Positions 28,155-32,225 of a DNA stretch of 32,225 nucleotides are shown one piece after another. Location of the stretch: NCBI GenBank assembly GCA_037133055.1, contig JBAXOY010000022.1:1-32225 (forward strand), in the 5' to 3' direction. Positions within the stretch are counted from its first letter, which is position 1. Each line of letters begins with the position of its first letter. The notes beneath the pieces are model-generated. The model did not search any database and was not told the origin of the DNA. It worked only from the letters and a program-made list of their open reading frames with translations. The stretch is from Chlamydiota bacterium (GTDB taxonomy: Bacteria; Auribacterota; Tritonobacteria; UBA1439). A program made the position numbers and the translations under genes.

Positions 28155-28297
28155 GTAGTTACCGTCATGAAGTATCCCGCCGGTCCGTCGGCGAAGTGAC
28201 CGGACTCAAGGGGAAACCCTGTGCGTTCGATCCCAACACACCCATGAAAAATCCCGATGACGCAAAACTTCTTCATGACCTATAGAAAGATATCGTC

Positions 28298-29014
28298 TTA
28301 GCCTATCAGTATCCCCGTCACATACCTGACGGATTCTGTATCCTGGGTCGCAAGACCCCAATCGTTGATCCAGCGGACCTCCTGAGGACCATCCTCAAGG
28401 ATGGGGAACTCTGCGGCCTTCTTACATAGAGAATTGACCCAGAAACCGCACGCCTCGAGGGCGAACAACCTCCAGTCGGGCTGCCGGCATTCCTGATCCT
28501 CTCCGCATCCCCGGGGGCAGACCCGGCAGGGGCCGCTGGCGTACGTTTCGAGGACGGCGTATTCACGCTCGCGCAGGGCTTTCGTTGCCCGGGCGATAAA
28601 GGGATGAACATGGCTCTGCCGGGTGACACTCTCGCTCCCCTCAAGCTGGACGATCAAAAAACTTCGGGCTTTTGAAAGAAGATCGATCGTTTTCACGGCC
28701 GCCGGCGCATGCGGCGGGCACCCTTTCCAATTTCTGAGAGCCCCGGGGCAGGAGGCGATGGGCCCGTCGACCGTTCTGTACGGTATGCGGCAAAAGTGCT
28801 TTATCCCTTCGTCAATGACCGAATCCCCGGGGGGCATCATGCCGGCCCGGAGGATGAATCCCTGCATCTTTGTATCGCCTTCTTTCAGCGCGAGGAGGAT
28901 GTCTCCTATTCTCCGGCGGTGATGCTCGTAAAAATCAGCGAATGCCGTGCCGGGCATTTCATTGGATAGCGGCGCAATTCTCTCCGCCTTCTTTATATAG
29001 TCTGCTACCTTCAT
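28298..29014 (-). CDS. Cys-rich predicted metal-binding protein, DUF2284-like
   Basis: CPG...WKGCPPHAP and SGPCRVCPRGC...CRQP...ALEACGFWV follow the DUF2284 cysteine pattern; GGGAG RBS. Confidence 0.72.
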   Translation of the reverse strand: MKVADYIKKAERIAPLSNEMPGTAFADFYEHHRRRIGDILLALKEGDTKMQGFILRAGMMPPGDSVIDEGIKHFCRIPYRTVDGPIASCPGALRNWKGCPPHAPAAVKTIDLLSKARSFLIVQLEGSESVTRQSHVHPFIARATKALREREYAVLETYASGPCRVCPRGCGEDQECRQPDWRLFALEACGFWVNSLCKKAAEFPILEDGPQEVRWINDWGLATQDTESVRYVTGILIG

Positions 29015-29060
29015 TATTTGTTCTCCCACACATTCTTTATGGCATCAGAGTGGACACTCT

Positions 29061-29121
29061 TCCCGACGGCGAGTTGAGCGGCAGGCGCGAAGGGACTGTC
29101 CGCTTCAGCGGATTGTCAGCC
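29061..29121 (-). other. Degenerate integron attC-like site
   Basis: Minus strand GGCTGAC-N5-GCTGAAGC GGAC...GCC GCTCAAC-N5-GTCGGGA: 61 bp with R''-L''-L'-R' spacing and bulged bases; core triplets are GAC/GTC instead of AAC/GTT. Confidence 0.6.
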
Positions 29122-29186
29122 CCCCCTGAGCACCCATGCGCGAGGGTTGCGCCGAGTGGTGCGCTATCCCGGTATTCGATCTTCAT
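29116..29186 (-). pseudogene. Collapsed GNAT acetyltransferase-like cassette gene (both ends only)
   Basis: MKIEYRDSAPL joined out of frame to RRNPRAWVLRGG*, with the TGA inside the attC R'' box. Confidence 0.45.
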
Positions 29187-29306
29187 TCGAGGCTCAAGTA
29201 AGGGTGGCGAACTATTGAGTGCGCGGACTTATTCCCATATATTTTTGAGGAAGATGCTTCGAGTGCCGGCAGACGGGCCATTCTCCCCCGCCGCCACAAA
29301 TCCCTG

Positions 29307-30020
29307 TTACTTGAGACGGGTTTTGAGGACAATCTCGTCGATATCAACTCGCTCCGAGAGTCCCAGAACATAGAGAACACATCCGGCGATATCCTCCGGG
29401 AGCATCATCCACTCTGTCCCGTGCGGGTTGTTCTTCTGGAAGTCGGTGGCCACGCTGGCCGGACAGATGGGGACAACCCTGACTCCGTGGTTTTTAGCCT
29501 CCAGAGCCAGACAGTGAGAAAATCCCAAAGCACCCCACTTTGAAGCGCAGTAGGCGGCTCGCAGCAAGAATGCCTTCGTCCCGGCCTGGCTGACGATCGG
29601 AATAATCACGCCGGAACGCTGTTCCTTCATCATATTCAGGGCCTCCCGGCAGGTCATGAACAATCCCGTGAGATTGGTCTCGATGTCCCGGTTCCAGTCG
29701 GCAAGCCGAGTCTCCGATACGCAGGCGAGAGTGGCTTCTCCAGCGCTGGGCACGCAGATGTCCAGGCGGTCGTACTGCTCCCGGATCTTGCGGAAAAGCG
29801 CAAGCTGGTCCTCCTCGCTCCGCACATCCGTGACGTTATAGAACGCTCCGGGCGTGCGTTGGTTGAGGAGATCGGTGGCGGCGGAGAGGGTTTCGGCGTT
29901 TCTCCCGCAGATGCACACCCGTGCCCCGGCTTCGGCCAGAGCCAGGGCGATAGCCTTGCCGATTCCGCGATTGCCGCCTGTTACCAGGGCGGTTTTGCCG
30001 ATCAGATCAGGTGTCGCCAT
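29307..30020 (-). CDS. Short-chain dehydrogenase/reductase (SDR)
   Basis: TGGNRGIG cofactor motif, catalytic S...YCASK, ICPASVATDF. Confidence 0.94.
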   Translation of the reverse strand: MATPDLIGKTALVTGGNRGIGKAIALALAEAGARVCICGRNAETLSAATDLLNQRTPGAFYNVTDVRSEEDQLALFRKIREQYDRLDICVPSAGEATLACVSETRLADWNRDIETNLTGLFMTCREALNMMKEQRSGVIIPIVSQAGTKAFLLRAAYCASKWGALGFSHCLALEAKNHGVRVVPICPASVATDFQKNNPHGTEWMMLPEDIAGCVLYVLGLSERVDIDEIVLKTRLK

Positions 30021-30069
30021 TTTCTGCAGCGGTCGGGTGAGGAGCGTCAAATAATCTGCTGTCTTCTGA

Positions 30070-30097
30070 ATTCTAACATCCTCCAATCCGAAGGCAA
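30070..30097 (-). promoter_or_regulatory. Putative sigma70 promoter of the SDR gene
   Basis: Minus strand TTGCCT-N16-TAGAAT with an extended TG. Confidence 0.5.
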
Positions 30098-30140
30098 GGG
30101 TGAACATTGCTCATGGGGTGGACATCGCCCCGAAATAGCG

Positions 30141-30185
30141 GACAATGCGTTTCTCGACGTGAGCGCGAAGTTCACTATCCACTAG
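30141..30185 (+). pseudogene. Last 14 codons of a third paralogue of the shared secreted-protein domain
   Basis: DNAFLDVSAKFTIH* versus QNAFLDVSSKFTLSLN* at the end of 30347..32110; nucleotide differences are mostly at third codon positions. Confidence 0.7.
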
Positions 30186-30346
30186 GAGTGGAAACATCCG
30201 GTGTGGGCTTCGCCTATCGACAGAGACGCTTTGTGCCTTGGGGCAAAAGATGATGCGGGGATAGGTGAGGGACTTCAAGAGCCCTGCCGAAGAGCTCGGG
30301 CTTCCCTCGTGGCTCTCGGTCGCTCTAAAGGCCTTACGCTGCGCGT

Positions 30347-32110
30347 TCAGTTCAAAGATAGTGTGAATTTCGAGCTTACGTCAAGGAATGCGTTTTGCCT
30401 GCCGGTGATCGGCTTCCGAGGATCGAAGAACGCCACCACTATCTCATATATCCCTGGCGAAGCTCCGGCCGGAATACTCGTATTCAAGAGGGTGTATCTC
30501 AGCGGTGAAAGACCGGGCAGATTAACCGCCACAGGCTTGATATTCGGGCTCAGCGTCGTGACGTCGAGCATGGCACCGCCCGGCATCAGTATCACCGCGA
30601 ATACGGTAAAAGACCTCTCGATTGGTTCATGAAGGACGAAGGTTACTGTGAGCTGATTCCCCGGACCGAACGATGTTCCGTTTATCTCATTTTCCGCCTG
30701 CGGCCGGGGAGTGGCGGTGACGGTATTTGTAGGCTGGGCGGTAGGCGGAGTGACGGGCGTTTGCGTGGCTGGAGGAGCCGTGGGCGTTATCGTGGGGACG
30801 GGAGTAATGGTCGGCGTATTTGTTCTGGTGGGGGTCGGGGTAATCGTCGGCGTGGGTGTTATCGTGGGGACGGGAGCAACAGTAGGCGTCTCCGTCGGCG
30901 TCGGCGTGATAGTCGGCGTCGGCGTGATAGTCGGCGTAGGCGTGGGGGCGGACGCCTTCGTAAACTTGATTTGGCTTGTGGCATAGCTGCGGTATGCCAT
31001 ATACGGAATGTCGGCGGACGGATGCATGCGCATGCTCGTATACTTGTCACAGCCATAGACCGCTTCCGTATCCCATGTGGCGCCATTGTATTCGGCAAAT
31101 TTGAGCTGATGATTGGTTTGATCAAAATAGGCAATAGCCGGGTAATAAGGACTCTGTATATGGAATGAGAGCGACGAGAAATCGCCCACTATATCGCCTG
31201 AGCCGTCAACCAGTTCAGGGAGCCAGGTCCCCGCGTTTCTTTTGGCGTATTTCAGGTCATCATCGCACTTGTGATAGTATGAGATGCAGGGGTTGCCGTC
31301 ATGGTCGAAAGCAAGAGACGGCCTCAAACCCGTGGTCGTGCTTTCCGTATCAACAATTACCTCATCCCAATGAGGCGAGGGGTCTGCCCCATCATATTCC
31401 GTATAATGCAGCTCCCATCCACCGCCCCCATCGCTACGTGAGAATGCGATGCATGGGTATCCGGAACCATTGATTCCGATGGAGGTTCCATAGGTGCCGG
31501 GGCTTTGTCCGCTCGCGACATCTTCATCATGCCAGCTTCCGTCATTATAAGAGTGCCGTAAGATGTTGGCGCTCCCGTTATAATGATGGTAGCTGATGTG
31601 CGGATACCCTGAAGAATCAAAAGCAAGCGAACAGTTTGTGCACCATTTCCTGACCGGATCATAACTTGACGAGCATATCACCGTCGGTGTTTCCCAGCTT
31701 GATCCGTTATAGCTCGCATAGCGCACCTCACCGTAGTAAATAGGTTCCCCATATGCATCGTCTCCAACATACTTCTCTGCAATATAGGCTATCGCAGGAT
31801 AATGGGTGATTGGATTGAACGCCAGACTTGTGGGGTCATCCCAATAGCCCGGTGAACTGTCGAGCGTCGAGTCCACAACTTCCGGAGTCGACCAGGAGCC
31901 ATCGTCATACACCGCATAGAGAATGCTCAACAGGCCGCCCGCATTGAAAGAAACGCACGGCCTGTTTGAGGAATCAAATGCGAGACTTGGATATCGTGCC
32001 GTAGATGAATATACCGCCTGCTCGGAATCCCATGCGGTAAATGCACTGGGACATGACAAAGCAAATGCCGGCACACAAAAGCCGACGCACACACCTCGCG
32101 CCATTTTCAT
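30347..32110 (-). CDS. Secreted protein: repeat (probable beta-propeller) domain, long Pro/Thr linker, C-terminal shared ~115-aa domain
   Basis: AGGGGGAG RBS, signal peptide, about seven SLAFD..G.P.ISY...L.YA...G.W..E.VD repeats, PT-rich linker; lower GC3 than genes on the left. Confidence 0.88.
   Translation of the reverse strand: MKMARGVCVGFCVPAFALSCPSAFTAWDSEQAVYSSTARYPSLAFDSSNRPCVSFNAGGLLSILYAVYDDGSWSTPEVVDSTLDSSPGYWDDPTSLAFNPITHYPAIAYIAEKYVGDDAYGEPIYYGEVRYASYNGSSWETPTVICSSSYDPVRKWCTNCSLAFDSSGYPHISYHHYNGSANILRHSYNDGSWHDEDVASGQSPGTYGTSIGINGSGYPCIAFSRSDGGGGWELHYTEYDGADPSPHWDEVIVDTESTTTGLRPSLAFDHDGNPCISYYHKCDDDLKYAKRNAGTWLPELVDGSGDIVGDFSSLSFHIQSPYYPAIAYFDQTNHQLKFAEYNGATWDTEAVYGCDKYTSMRMHPSADIPYMAYRSYATSQIKFTKASAPTPTPTITPTPTITPTPTETPTVAPVPTITPTPTITPTPTRTNTPTITPVPTITPTAPPATQTPVTPPTAQPTNTVTATPRPQAENEINGTSFGPGNQLTVTFVLHEPIERSFTVFAVILMPGGAMLDVTTLSPNIKPVAVNLPGLSPLRYTLLNTSIPAGASPGIYEIVVAFFDPRKPITGRQNAFLDVSSKFTLSLN
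30700..30950 (-). repeat. Imperfect 18-bp coding repeats encoding the (PTPTIT)n linker
   Basis: GTCGGCGTCGGCGTGATA repeated at about 30895..30930, plus ATCGTGGGGACGGGAG twice. Confidence 0.85.
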
Positions 32111-32170
32111 GATCTCCCCCTGCCTTGATGATTTTCTCTCCTTCGCCCTATTCGATCAGGCCTAAAATAT

Positions 32171-32225
32171 GTAACTACTCAGGTAGTCAGAAGCCAGGAG
32201 CCAGAATCCAGAATGGATCGCGCAT
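32171..32225 (-). mobile_element. Second copy of the 197-bp element's right end, inverted and cut by the window end
   Basis: Exact 55-bp reverse complement of 28108..28162. Confidence 0.93.

Larger units (their letters stand above)
27966..28162 (+). mobile_element. 197-bp miniature element with 13-bp TIRs and an 8-bp target site duplication
   Basis: GTAACTGCTCAGG ... CCTGAGTAGTTAC (12/13 inverted match); CGTCATGA at 27958..27965 and 28163..28170, present once in the empty allele. Confidence 0.93.
27897..28201 (+). repeat. 100-bp direct repeat, copy 2, interrupted by the 197-bp element
   Basis: Matches 25593..25692 on both sides of 27966..28162. Confidence 0.95.

Noticed and set aside
27899..28285. 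128-aa ORF spanning repeat copy 2
   Set aside because: A chimeric reading through a duplicated gene fragment and the inserted element, with no credible RBS.
25898..30225. 12-bp CTATCGACAGAG present at 25898 and 30214
   Set aside because: Short, no flanking similarity, compatible with chance.
30141..30400. Diversity-generating retroelement template/variable repeat pair
   Set aside because: Differences are mostly synonymous and not adenine-specific, the match is short, and there is no reverse transcriptase in the window.
1..32225. tRNA, rRNA, integrase or transposase genes
   Set aside because: None recognisable in the sequence or ORF track; the small elements would need enzymes encoded elsewhere.

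Overview
A 32 kb bacterial window from a GC-rich diderm (it encodes a TolC-family channel and an OprB-type porin). Positions 1 to ~25.3 kb are dense envelope and periplasmic genes: a 5'-truncated FtsX-type ABC permease, MsrAB, a Cys-type arylsulfatase, an OprB-like porin, a secreted choloylglycine-hydrolase-family Ntn hydrolase, a PocR-PAS hybrid histidine kinase, three secreted hypothetical proteins, a TolC plus RND pair with no adaptor gene, a fused membrane/spermidine synthase, an anaerobic sulfatase maturase and a 5'-nucleotidase lipoprotein. The last ~7 kb looks more A/T-rich by eye and is a mosaic of small mobile sequences. (i) A 197-bp element has GTAACTRCTCAGG terminal inverted repeats, a perfect 8-bp target duplication, an empty-site allele in the same window and a second copy at the window end. 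Its interior is heptamer arrays around what appears to be an internally deleted four-helix-bundle gene. (ii) A ~280-bp CTAG-bounded MITE rewrote the C-terminus of a membrane protein. (iii) A 100-bp direct repeat brackets that membrane gene. (iv) A decayed integron-like attC site carries a collapsed GNAT-like cassette. An unnamed ~115-aa domain flanked by Pro/Thr linkers is shared by two secreted proteins, and the last codons of a third copy survive as a scar. Several other genes persist only as end fragments. All family assignments come from motifs recognised by eye; no searches were run.
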